A stretch of DNA of 64,000 nucleotides from the NCBI GenBank assembly GCA_951406725.2, contig OX597833.1, positions 38,192,001-38,256,000 on the forward strand. The letters are read 5' to 3'. Below are positions 38,871-51,044 of this stretch, piece by piece (positions within the stretch are counted from its first letter, which is position 1; every line of letters begins with the position of its first letter). The notes under the pieces were generated by a model. It saw nothing but the letters and a program-made list of their open reading frames with translations, was not told where the DNA came from and did no database searches. Source of the stretch: Octopus vulgaris. Taxonomy: Eukaryota. Both the position numbers and the translations under genes were made by a program.

Positions 38871-39095
38871 TTAACCCTTTAACATTCACATTCTGTCAAA
38901 AGTAATTCTTATTTATTCACATTGATTTGAATTAATCATGCATTATCTTGTACCTTTGAGATTTTGACATGGTAACGGTTAATCTTTAGAATGATATTAC
39001 AGGGTTAGTGTAAGAGGCTAGATCTGGCTAGTCTGAATATAAAACAGGTGAAATATTTTGGCTGGATGTGACTTGTTTAAATGCTAAATGGTTAA
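38871..39095. mobile_element. piggyBac-like MITE (forward orientation)
   Basis: ttaa-ccctttaacatt ... aatgctaaatgg-ttaa. Confidence 0.85.
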
Positions 39096-39481
39096 GACAT
39101 TTATGAACAAAAACCTATATTATTCACTTTTCATTTATTTCTTAATAGTATTGTCTATTATGAATTGTTGAAAAGTTTCATCATACGTAGCAGCATGGCA
39201 CAATTCAACATAATTTCTATGTATTTGTTCATTCATTCTCAAACAAGTTGATTTAATTTTGATCAATACAGGAAGCAAAACAGATGACATCAGTGATGAT
39301 GGCTTCTTAGAAAAGACATTACGACTGCTCCAATTTCTCAAAAACTAACATTATTTCAGTTGTAATTAATATCCTTTGACATCAGTTATCTTCATAAGCA
39401 ATGTTACATGTATTTTTTCATAATCTTTGTTGTTGTTTTTTTATTATTAAACATTTATTGTTTTTCTTCTTTCTATTGCAG

Positions 39482-39592
39482 ACTCTCATTTTGTTACTGG
39501 GTATCATCATCTTTGTGGTCTCTTTCGTTGTGGTCTATGTGTTAGTAGAGAAAGCAGATATTATTTTTCAGACTGCTCACAAACACTACTAA
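39482..39592 (+). CDS. NCSTN: Nicastrin terminal exon B (transmembrane helix + cytoplasmic tail, isoform B)
   Basis: Acceptor ttcttctttctattgcag|ACT, phase 0. Encodes TLILLLGIIIFVVSFVVVYVLVEKADIIFQTAHKHY*, in the same register as the human TM segment, with KADIIF matching KADVLF. Confidence 0.88.
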   Translation, partial: TLILLLGIIIFVVSFVVVYVLVEKADIIFQTAHKHY

Positions 39593-40129
39593 CTAGCTTG
39601 AACCTGAATCTAAACTAACTTTATCTAATTTAACTTTAAAAAAACTAAACTACACTTCTAGTAAGCCAATATGGCAAAGCTTATGTCAATCTATTTGTTA
39701 GCACAGAATACTTCTTGCTTTCCTTTCAATTTTGTTTTGGTAAGGCAAATGAAGCAAAAGAACAAAGAAGAAATTTCTCACACGAGGGACCAAAGAACCA
39801 TGAACCAGTTTCAACATCAAGAATTGATAATGATTTTTTTCCTCTTTCTACTAAACTATCATCTTTTCATTTCCCTCCTCTCTAAATACACACACATACA
39901 CACATATATTTATATATACATATGCCCCTCACACATACACACATTTATATATACATACGCACCCCCCACACACACATTCACACGCAGACATTTTGTGTAT
40001 ATGTTTCCAATAACAAATGTGGATGTTATAATTTCAACTTTTCCATGTAGGTTGTCTACTTAATAATAAGGAGTATATAAAATATTTGTTCATATTTATG
40101 TGCACTGATGTTAGCAGTATCACTACCAT

Positions 40130-41990
40130 TCTATATCCAAGCTTGCATGGGTTGGGTGGGTCTTCTCCAGTACACCATCTCACCATTTATTGCAATTGTT
40201 TGACATCTTGAGATCAGCTTTCACTGCTTCTGTGTCTTCCTTGGTTTTTCCCCTTCCATTGTCTCCTTCCACTCAGGTTGCTTGCACTTTTTTTTTTTTA
40301 CCTAACTAGCACCCTCCATATGTATCAAATGCCCATAACAAGTGTTTTCTTTCTTGTACACAACATCTGAATCCTCTTATACTCTTGACAGCTCATTTAT
40401 GTTCTTTTCATGCACATAACATTGCACGTCCATACTTGTTTCATTTCATTCCTTTTCACATCTTCCACGTTCAGTGTCCATGTTTTGCTACCATGCAACA
40501 TCACACTTTGTCAACTGTTTTCCAGGTTAGTGAATCCCTTTGTTGCAAGCAAAATCAGTAGCTTCCTGAACTGGTTTAACCTCATCCTTATTCTGGTGTC
40601 TATGCTTTTGGAATATCATCCTCTACCATTATGTCACCTACTTAATGGAAGCTATCAACTTGTAGTTCATAGCTATGGAGTCTTTCAAGAATTTAAAGGA
40701 ATCCATTTCATAGGTGACCTTAATGTTCACTACTCATGCATCTGCTATATATGGAGTCTTTGCTTCTCTGTCTACCTGTTTGTGATCCCACTGCATTTGT
40801 TGTACTCTGGAAGTTTATATTTGATACACTGTGCAGAGTTACTACTTAACTTCTTTTCTGCATATTGAACAAGGCCGCTTCCATTAGAGAGGTGATCATG
40901 CTTGATGTGCCAACTAGAACTTTTGTCTTTGAAAGGTTTATTTTGAAGCCTCTAGATTCTTGCTTCCATGTTTGGAATATTTTTCATAATTTTCATTTGA
41001 TCAGCTACGCGAACTAGATCATTCAGAAGTTCCCTTGGATAGACAGTCTAAAGTTCTGTGAATTGGCTGGCCAATTAGAAACAATTAGAAACAGTAGTGA
41101 GCTAAGAACCAAATCTTGATGAATGCTTATCTGCAAGATTTTTCACTTAACTCATTACTAACTTTAATTTTGTTGGCAGCATCTCTCTACATCACTCACA
41201 CCATCCACTTGCCTTCACCTAGTTCTTTTAGCGATGACCTGACTACAGAACACGATGCTCCAAACTGCCTCTCATCTAAGCAACTTGTCTTTCTTGTCAC
41301 TTGTACTATAATCCTTTCTGTTACTTTTACTACCAGGTTCATCACCTTGATGACTCTGTCGTTATTTCTTTCTGCGGCATTTCCTTTGCCTCTGTTCTTG
41401 TTGATGATAGTGCTACACCAGTCATTAGGCATGACTCATCCTTGTACTACCTGATTGACTACACAAGTGATTAGCACATGTCCAACTTCACTGGATATTT
41501 TCAGTATCTCACTAGCTACCTTTGATGGTATCGCTACTTTCACTGCCTTCGTGTCCTCAATTGCACTTTTGACCATGCTGCTGTCAACTTGAACAGCTGC
41601 TTCGGATTTTCCTGGAGTAGAGCGCCTCTCTCATTCTGTTCAGTCAGTGATCTCATTGTGCCCCTTTCTTCTTGGTGTCAGTCACAATAAGTGTGTCATT
41701 TTCTTTCCATACACACTTTTCCCCAATGACCTCTTGTTTCATACTGAAACGCTTCTTTGCAATTCAGAACACCTCTTTCATCTTCTTTCTTTGCTATCTT
41801 TATCTGACATCTAGCTTCTATTTTTTTAGCTACCTGATATGATTTCTTGCTTCCCATTTTCTCCGAATCTAGGTCAGTCCTTTAGCTTTTATGGCAGTAT
41901 CTGAAGTATCACCATGTTACATTTCTGTCAGGCTGGAACTCCTACTCACAATTTCTGTTTGTGACTTACACAGAAGCTCCCAGTTGTCCT
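40130..41990 (-). mobile_element. Degenerate RTE-clade LINE remnant
   Basis: ORF 41196-41432, MPNDWCSTIINKNRGKGNAAERNNDRVIKVMNLVVKVTERII..LDERQFG, resembles the RTE RT N-terminus. Similar to 28290-29691. Confidence 0.7.
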
Positions 41991-42657
41991 AAGTTAGATA
42001 TCTATCATGTATATATATACACACACACACACACACATACACGTATACATCTGTAATATATTATATGTGTGTGTGTATGTATGTATACATATATATAAAA
42101 ACACACACACCAGGTATTGAATTCACATTAATCAGAAGACCAGCTCTACTTGTTTCTTTTTGTTAACTCAAATGATAATAAAAACATATTCTCATCTTCA
42201 GCTTCTTTTGTTTTCATCCTCTTCCAGTTTTTTCTTCCACAACTGAGATTTTCCTTGCGTGTTATTGTCATCTTCTCACTTCATTTCACTGTCCTTAACA
42301 GATCTCTCCCCATGATCAGCACCACTGGAATCGTCTAAATTCTTGTTCCTCACCACATTCTGTTTCTGCAACTGCTTTGATTCCTTTCAAACTACTACTA
42401 GATTTGGGTCCTGTATTGCTTGTTCCTGATGAAAGTGCAGGCTTCTGCAAAACATTAAAAGTGTGGGAGAGTGTTTTGGTGGAGAAGATTAATAACTTGT
42501 TGTTTAGCCCTGATATGAACACAACTGTTGATCAAATAAAGACATTCCAACCACCATTATTATCCTGTCTTCTTTTTTTCAGACAGGCTACCTACGACTA
42601 CATTTATTAAATGTGCTCTTCCTATATATATGTTTGTGTGTGTGTGTGTGTGTATGC

Positions 42658-42689
<32 letters not shown>

Positions 42690-45090
42690 CTTTAAATAGT
42701 AGTGCACAGTTGGGAAGATTTGGCTGCTATTTCTATTGGGGGAAGGTTCATATTGATTTGCAAAAAAAAAAATTCAATAATGCCTTGATGATTCAGACAT
42801 TTGGTTATATATTGGTTTCTGAATCTGTTCCTGCTTCAGATTCAGACTAAGGGAGAGACACAGGACTCAGTTTAATATCCCATCCCACACACCACCACCA
42901 CTACCACTGATTGTTCATAAGTTCTCATTTCTGTTCAGCATTGAACTGTTAACTCAACATTGTTATGCAAGAATAACTTATGTTAATGAAGTTGTGGGAA
43001 GTGTCTTCTGTTCTGCTTTAACCTCAGAATTTGTTAGAACTGTGCAGAAGTCTGTGTGTGTGTGTGTGTGTATCCATGGGGATAAAGTACTTTTCTTGAA
43101 AACAAGTGAAGGTTGGCAATAATTGGAAGGATATCTAAGTGTAGAATACCGCTGCACCAAGTCTAATCCAGCCTGTTGAAAATGCAGACATAAAGATGAT
43201 GATGAGGTCTTTCTGTGTATACTGGATCATTATCTCTCAGTATGCTGCCAGTAAAAATATTTGTTGATCATGCCTGTATCTTCGTCAATTGTTCATAGTG
43301 AAAGTCTGTGTTGTGTTGTCTATATGTTGAAAGACATACAGAAACACACACTCACCCCCCCCCCCCCCAAAAAAAAACAACTATGTGTATTATATATATA
43401 GTCTTTTTTGAAATTTGTGTTGCATTGTATTGACAGACTCATGCTTAAAATTCCTGCGTTTTTAATCAAAACTTGTTAGTTAACCATGGTGACAACACTA
43501 CCTATTTATGTATCTTTTACACACACACACTCACAATCGCTCGCTTTCAACAACTTTTTCTCCTCCCGTTATTGCAGACAGACAGAAATCAGGTTCGCTT
43601 TGATAAGATTGATGAAAGATATAAGTATCACTGAGAACAATGATAAACTTGAACATTTAATTGAAAATACTTTGTGGTATTTACTCTACTCAAGTATGCA
43701 CAGATATACTCATGTCATCACCATTGTAAATGCAGGGAATCAATGATTGAACAAATCTGTACTGTTTGTTTTCATCACTCAGATGTGGGTTGGACAGATT
43801 TGTAATTTTAGAGGGCTAACTTTCATGGGAGGAAAGGAGGAGTGTAGTATTTTAGTGTGGGTCTGTAGTGGATTAGACAAACTTGTGATAAGATTAAGGA
43901 AGGCAAGTGAGTTGGGAGTGCCTAGGTGGAAGTGGCATGAGATGAACCTGCTTTGAGGTGCAAAGACTGCTGTTGTTTGTACATTGTTGATACTGTTTTC
44001 CCAAAAAATAATTATATTTGGATTAAAACAATATTTTTTTTTTTTTTTTTGAGATTTAAAATTTTATTTCTGTCAGTAGATAAGAGATAGATTTATTTTC
44101 CTTTAGACTCAGTACATTCTGAAACAATTCTTTCTCACAAAATCTTGTATATAAATGGTTCTGTCTAGTCTATATATGAGTCACACAAATATGTACATTA
44201 TACACACACACATCCCTACCCTAATACTCTCTGTTAATCTCTCTATTTATATATTCTTACTGTAATAACCTTTTTCTCTCAGCACCTCACCTAAATTCAC
44301 CACCCTTTCTTCTGCTCTCTCTTTCCCTCTTGTGTGATGGGGATCTTTACTCATTATAAGTCAAATTTACATGTTAAACTTCACCAGATGTGTTGACATG
44401 AAAGAAGCATCTAGTACCCCTTATAAAATGGTTGGTGTTAGGAAGGCCATCCAGCTATAGAAACCATGCCAAAACAGAGACAATAGAGCAAGACATGGTC
44501 CTGTGATTTGTTGAACTGTTCAGCCAATACTAGCATAGAGAGCAGACATACAATGGATGATTGTGATGATGATGTTGATGTATGTGTTTCGATGTACAAA
44601 GAGGAGAAACACTATTCAATATATACAGTAGAATTTATTTGTTTGAATATAGTAATTTGCTTTGTTGCTTCTCTGAATTTTTTGCTTTGTACATTTATTG
44701 AAGTGACATGAAGCATTTGCTTGAAAGGAATACACATATCCTTTCTCTAATTCCATTTTCTATGTCTCTCTCCCCCTCTTTCTCCGTTTCTCATATGTGA
44801 CCATCGTCTATCTTTCTTTTCCTCACGTGATCATCTTTCTTTTCTTTAAGGACTAGACATATCCTATCTCTCTCTTCTATCTTTTCTCTTGTCAAAGAAA
44901 ATATTCCTCCAGCTTTTGCTATTTTATCCTCATTCTGGTCTAACGACCCTCCATGTTAGTTTTCATTTGTTTTCCTTGTATGTGTTCCCAACTTTGACCC
45001 TCCATAAATCCCAAATTTTATTTTGGTACTTATGGGAACAACTGTCTTTGAAGACTCATATTGTCATTCAATATATATATATATATATGC

Positions 45091-45130
<40 letters not shown>

Positions 45131-46973
45131 ATATAAGTACCAGTTACGCACTGAGATCGATGTAATTGACTTAATCCCTCTGTCCTTCTTTTTCCCCTCT
45201 ATGTTTAGCCCCCTATGGGAAATAAAGAAATATATATATATATATGCAATCACATAGCATATGGTTGTATGATGAAGAAGTCTGCCTCCCAGCCCATTTT
45301 GTGGCACCTTAGGCAAGTGTCTTGTACTGTAAGCCCTGGGCCAATTCAAACATTATCAGTGGATTTGATATGTGGAAACTGAAAGAAACCTGGCGCATGT
45401 GTTTGTGTCAGCATCATATAAGAGGTGTTATTTTGTTTCCAGTTTTTGAAAATGTCTGGCCAGGAGGAAATACTATTTTGCTTGGGAACAGGTGAGGGTT
45501 GGTGACAGGAAGTGCATCTGGCTGTAGAAAATCTGCCTCAGTGGATTCATTCTGACCCACTGCAAGCATGGAAAAGTAGATGATAAAACAATTACTCTGA
45601 CACATGTAGTAACAAGAATATCCAAAAGATTATTTGTTGTGTTGGTGTGAACACCTTTAGTTAATAATAACAAAACTGTTTTGGCATTTCACACCTTGTT
45701 TCTTTTTCTCTTCTCAGGCATTTTTTAACCAGGTAAAAAAAAAAAGAGTTATAAATATTTATTAATTAGTGATTTTAGCAGAATCATTAATGCAGGACAA
45801 AATACCTTTTCAGTATTTAATTTAATTGCTTTACATTTTGATTTCATGTCTCACTGAAGTCAGCTTTGCCTTTCATCCTTCCTTCTGGTGGTGGTTGATA
45901 AAATAAAGTACCTGTCAAGTACTGGGGTCAATTTAACCCTTTATTAATCATACATTATCTTGTAGCTTTAAGATTTTGATGATGTGACTGTTTATTTTTA
46001 GAATGACATTGTAGGGTAGATGTGAGAGGCCTCATCTGGCTGGTTTGAACATAAAACAGGTGGAATATTTGGGCTGGATGAAAGACTCTCCCATCTAAGA
46101 TGACGTATGAGTGTTCAGCTTTTGCCAAGTGACCTTCACAATTAATTTATAGTGATCAAATAAATGTATATGTTGTACATTAGCTCACTCTCTCCTTCAA
46201 ATCAACATTTCCTGTACAGGTGAATGGTGTATCACATCAGGTGTTGAAGTGATTGCAGAGCAATGTGAGATGAAGTCAACACAACCTAATCTAGGGACTG
46301 AAACCATGTTTCCACAATTATGAGTGCAACACCCTGACCACTAGGCCATACATCCTATAGCCAGTATAAATGCAAAAGAGTTAATCCAGGAATTGCGCTC
46401 CACTCACGTTTGTGGCCATGTGGATTTATAACAAATTGTTATTCTTGGTGAGGTTCCGTTGATGTTTACCCTGCTATCACCATCACCAACCAACTCCTAC
46501 TTCTTAGATTGAACAAGCTTTTCTGTCCAGATCATCCCATTTTTATTTATATCTAGGACTTCATTGTCCAATATTAGCAAGTTGTGTGGCCTCAGGGAAG
46601 CTCTCTTGCTGTCATGGTGAGTAGTCTGATGTGGCAGAAAGCTTTCACTAAATAGCTTAGTCTTTTTTTTTTTTCTTTTCAAATCCCTAGCAGCACTTAA
46701 TGTGCTTAAGTTGCTGTTACCAACTCTCTTTAACTTTTGAAGACTTCATTCTTAATAAAGAACTTTTTTTTAAAACCTCATAATCAAGTCATCGTCATTT
46801 GCCAAGTGAAAGATGTATTTTGTTAAAAATCCGGAAGAAACATGCTAATTTTTACTTGGGGGGTGGGATGGAAATTAAAACTTCTTTATTTTCTAATCCT
46901 GTTGCTGTAAATGTTTCAATGCTGTCTCTGCAGGGTTCACTGTCCTTAAATTTCAACTGAATTATTATTATTT

Positions 46974-47443
46974 AAGGTGGTGAGCTGGCAGAATTGTTAG
47001 CATGCTGGACAAAATGCTTAGTGGTGTTTTGCCTATTGCTATGTTCTGAGTTCAAATTCCATTGAGATCAATTTTGCCTTTCATCCTTTCGGGGTCGATG
47101 AAATAAGTACCAGTGAAACACTGGGGTCGATGTAATTAACTATCCCCCTTATTATTGTTATTATCATCATCATCATCTAGCCTTGTGCTTAAAGTAGAAA
47201 CATTATTATCTCATCATCTGAGCAATGGGTTGGCAGGATTGATACAGGCAATGGACAAAATATCTTTTAGTAATTACTCCGCAGGAGTGGCTGTGTGGTA
47301 AGTAGCTTGTCTACCAACCACATGGTTCCGGGTTCAGTCCCACTGCATGGCACCTTGGGCAAGTGCCTTCTACTATAGCCTCAGGCCGACCAAAGCCTTG
47401 TGAGTGGATTTGGTAGATGGAAACTGAAAAGAAGCCTGTCGTA

Positions 47444-47481
<38 letters not shown>

Positions 47482-48360
47482 TTTGTGTGTCTGTCCCCCT
47501 AGTATGGCTTGACAACCGATGCTGGTGTGTTTATGTCCCCGTTACTTAGCGGTTCGGCAAGAGAGACCGATAGAATAAGTACTAGGCTTACAAAGAATAA
47601 GTCCCGGGGTCGAGTTGCTCGATTAAAGGCGGTGCTCCAGCATGGCTGCAGTCAAATGACTGAAACAAGTAAAAGAGAAAAAAAAAAAAAATCCCTTTAC
47701 ATTCTGTGTTTGAATTCTGTCATTGTCATCTTAGCCTTTCATTCTTCCTAGATTAATGAAATAAATGCCAGCCAAGCATGGAGTACATGAGTGAGTGGAG
47801 GGGATATAATTCTGAGTTTCAATTCATTCTCACCCTGTTCTACCCCCAATTGTGGATTTTTTTTAACCTATGTTGGAAATTATTATTACTAAGGTGGCAA
47901 GCTGGCAGAATCATTAGCTTGCTAGGAAAAAATGCTTAGTGGCATTTCGTTTGTCTTTATGTTCTGAGTTCAAATTCTGTTGAAGTCAACTTTGCCTTTC
48001 ATCCTTTCAAGGTTGATAAATTAAGCATTAGTGAAATGCTGGGGTCGATGTAATTGACTAATTCTCTCCCCAAAAATTTCAGGACATCTGCCTTTAGTAG
48101 AAAGGATTATTATTATTATTATTACTAAGGTGGTGAACTGACAGAATCATTAGCATGCTGGACAAACTGCTTAGCATTTTGTCTGTCTTTATGTTCTGAG
48201 TTCAAATTCCACCAAGGTTTACTTTATCTTTCATTCATATGGAGTTGATGTTATCAACTTACCCCCTCTCCTGAAATTGCTGGCCTTGTGCCAAAATTTG
48301 GAACCATTATTATTATTACTACTACTACTAAGGCAGTGAACTGGAAGAATCGTTAGCAGG
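46974..48360 (+). mobile_element. Tandem cluster of family B SINEs separated by (ATT)n/(ACT)n
   Basis: Heads aaggtggtgagctggcagaa at about 46974, 47891, 48127 and 48330, each preceded by an ATT or ACT run. Confidence 0.85.
47281..47680 (+). mobile_element. tRNA-derived SINE, family A, best-preserved copy
   Basis: A-box tggctgtgtgg, B-box ggttcagtccc, ccttgggcaag core, internal (TA)n, CpG-rich tail ending in an A-run. More than 12 relatives in the window (e.g. 8278-8650, 11072-11390, 53835-54180, 54600-54860, 57430-57950, 57995-58342, 61265-61550). Confidence 0.9.
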
Positions 48361-49544
48361 AGTTCAAAACCAGCTGCAAGCATTGTCTCACTAAACACAT
48401 CACATTCCTTATTTTCCTTTGTTCCTTTTTAAAATATCATGCTTAATTAAAAAAAAAATTATTATTATAATCTTTATTATTTTTGTATATAATTTTTTTT
48501 CCTTTTGTATTATAAAAAAACAAAAACATCTTAGAAATGATTTGCTTAATAAATTGGTTTCATTTATTCTATCACTATTGTAATCTTATTGTTATTCACT
48601 TTGGTATACTGTCTTTGATTGAGCTGTTTAGTTCACTATTTTGAACCCAGCATGACTTCAATCAACACACACACACATATATTGCTTCATCTTTGGGCAT
48701 AATTCCTTGGGAGGCGCTTGGTCAGATAATTTTGCATTGTGTCATTATAGATAAACTATCAATCATATTTCATTGATTAATTGCGCTGTACTTAGCTGGG
48801 AGGATTCTTTCCTGGGTAACCAACCACATCATAAGTTCAAATTTTACTACATCCATTGAATTGTATTCTGAGGCACGTCAGCTCTCTCTCTCTCTCTCTC
48901 TCTCATTGACAAAACTACAAATGGTCACACTCCTTCCTTGTAACTGAGTGATTAGCAGCACAACAGAAACTGATCCATGTTTTTCCTTTTAAAAAAATTC
49001 TCTGAATCAGTGGCTATCTACAACATAACCAGTTCTCAAAAAAGCAAAAACAAATAAAGGAGGTGAGGGACAAGGTGGTGAAGCATGATCTTCGACTGTG
49101 GAGCCTCACTGAGGTGATGACAAATGACCGAGACCAGGACGATATGCTGTGCTTGAGAAGACTCGTCAAGCCAAGTGAAACTGTAGTCACGACTGCTGTG
49201 AGTGTTTTGTAAATGGCGCCCATGAAATTTTAGTCATGGCCATTACTAGTGTCATGTAAATGGCATGTAAGAAGCACCTGTTACATTGTCGGAGTGGTTG
49301 GCGTTAGGAAGGGCATCTAGCTGTAGAGACCATGCCACATCAGACTGGAAATTGGTGCAGCTCTCTGGCTTACCAGTTCCAGTCAAACTGTCTAACCCAT
49401 GCCAGCTTGGAAAGCGGATGTTAAATGATGATGGTTAATTAGTTGTCCAATACTTCAACTCCAGCAAGGATTAAATGTAGTCAAGTATTCCTAGGAGATA
49501 CCTAATTACATTTGATCCTGGCTTATTTCTTTTTCTATGAAATA

Positions 49545-49754
49545 TTAACTCTTTTAATACCAACCCACCTGGGACTACCACTGGTTCTATGATACAAGCT
49601 TTTTGTTTGTAAATAATCAAAATTTCGTGTGAATCTATGTTCCAAATACTAGTTGAATAATGACAGTTATTTTAGTAAATTGTTCAATATTTTTTTTAAT
49701 TAATTAAAACAAAGGTGGTGCATTTCAACAGAAATTTGGTAACAAAGGAGTTAA
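49545..49754. mobile_element. TTAA-flanked MITE, second piggyBac-like family
   Basis: ttaa-ctcttttaatacca ... tggtaacaaaggag-ttaa. Confidence 0.6.
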
Positions 49755-50748
49755 TCTTCAAGCACTTTCAATAAGATACTTTTCTCAATCACACTCATCC
49801 TTCCACTTTGGAAGATTATGCAGGCTATGGACACAACTTGTCACCTGTGAAACTACTTTCAGGCTTATGCTTTTCTATTCAAGTATTATTAAAACTGCAA
49901 CTTAAATATATTACTGTCCTTTCTGTTTCAGTAACGCTGAAATTATTCTTTCTTGCGTGAAACTCGTTTCTTCTTTGTCAAATTATATGTTAATTTAATT
50001 TAACTTGCACAAAGTTAATTTTTGTGAAGTAGCACAAGCAACAACATCTACTTTCACTTTCTTCTTCACTCTGAGACAAAGAGCAAAGCTGGAAATGGAG
50101 GACTCTTTACTCTTCATACCAAACTTACTGAAATCTCCAATAAGTATTTCAGTGTGTATTACTGGTACTAATGAATAAAAAACAAAGTTGCGCTCAACTC
50201 ATACTGATAGTAGAACATTGCACCAGATACAATAAACTGCTGGGTTTGGTTTTCTTCTGCCCTGGTGGTCCTGTCTTCACACATCAACCCGAGTTATGTC
50301 TTTCAGTTCATAAAACGGATTATACTATATATAAAGCACAACCCTTGAGTTGTGGAACTCCTTGTCAAAGAAACTATTTACATTCAGTCAATGCTACACT
50401 CATTCTTCAATACCTTTAACAGAGATGTAGGACTCAGCACTTTGTGATATACCAACTTTACTCTGTTCAATTAACACTAATGCCAAACCAACTCTTAAGC
50501 CCTACATAGGCTAAAGGGTAGAGCTCTTCATCTGTGGAACCTGTGTTTGTTTCATAACCAACTGTATTATCCTTCTACCCATGTGGAACCTATATGGCTT
50601 ATGGGTACAATAATTCCTCTCTTCCTCATAAGATGTAAACAAGGTTAATTTGGGGATTAGTGGAAATTGGTGGTGTCAGGAGACTGTTTACAACGACCCA
50701 GTAAGAAATTTAGCTGCTATTTTCACATGGTCAAGCAACTATCTAGAA

Positions 50749-51044
50749 CAGTGGTTCTCAAATGATGCACTAATTTGTCTTAATGTGTATTTAGGTGTGC
50801 CACAGATTTCCAAAAATTAAATTTAAGGCTTTAGAAAATCCATCTTAATGCTTGAGTGTCTTGTAAAAGGAGTTATTGATAATTTTCTTATACAAAAGTA
50901 TGAGTAATAATACAAAATAGTTTACTTCTCTTTTTCTAAATTTTAAACTAATTTTTAAAAAAAATTTTCAATGCACAGTGTACCAATAATTTTTTATTTG
51001 ATCTCTAGTGTGCCATAAAGAGAAATAAGATTTGAGAACCACTG
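50749..51044. mobile_element. hAT-like MITE
   Basis: TIRs cagtggttctcaaa / tttgagaaccactg. Degenerate 8-bp TSD atctagaa / atcaagag. Confidence 0.8.

Noticed and set aside
39285-39400. Possible box C/D snoRNA (GTGATGA)
   Set aside because: No suitably placed CTGA D box or terminal stem.
42150-44711. Other hydrophobic ORFs checked as a third nicastrin TM exon
   Set aside because: They lack the G7/S14/Y19/(K/R)A(D/E)xxF signature and a phase-0 acceptor. The hydrophobicity reflects T-rich sequence.
46497-46682. Minus-strand 61-aa ORF
   Set aside because: It overlaps a fragment of a dispersed repeat also seen near 2155-2360 and 37590-37780.
47281-47352. tRNA-like sequence with A and B boxes
   Set aside because: It is a SINE head that continues into the SINE core. 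No convincing cloverleaf, and many diverged copies.
50170-50480. Unique-looking plus-strand ORF region
   Set aside because: Another frame reads LELWNSL, typical of a decayed CR1/L2-type LINE 3' end.
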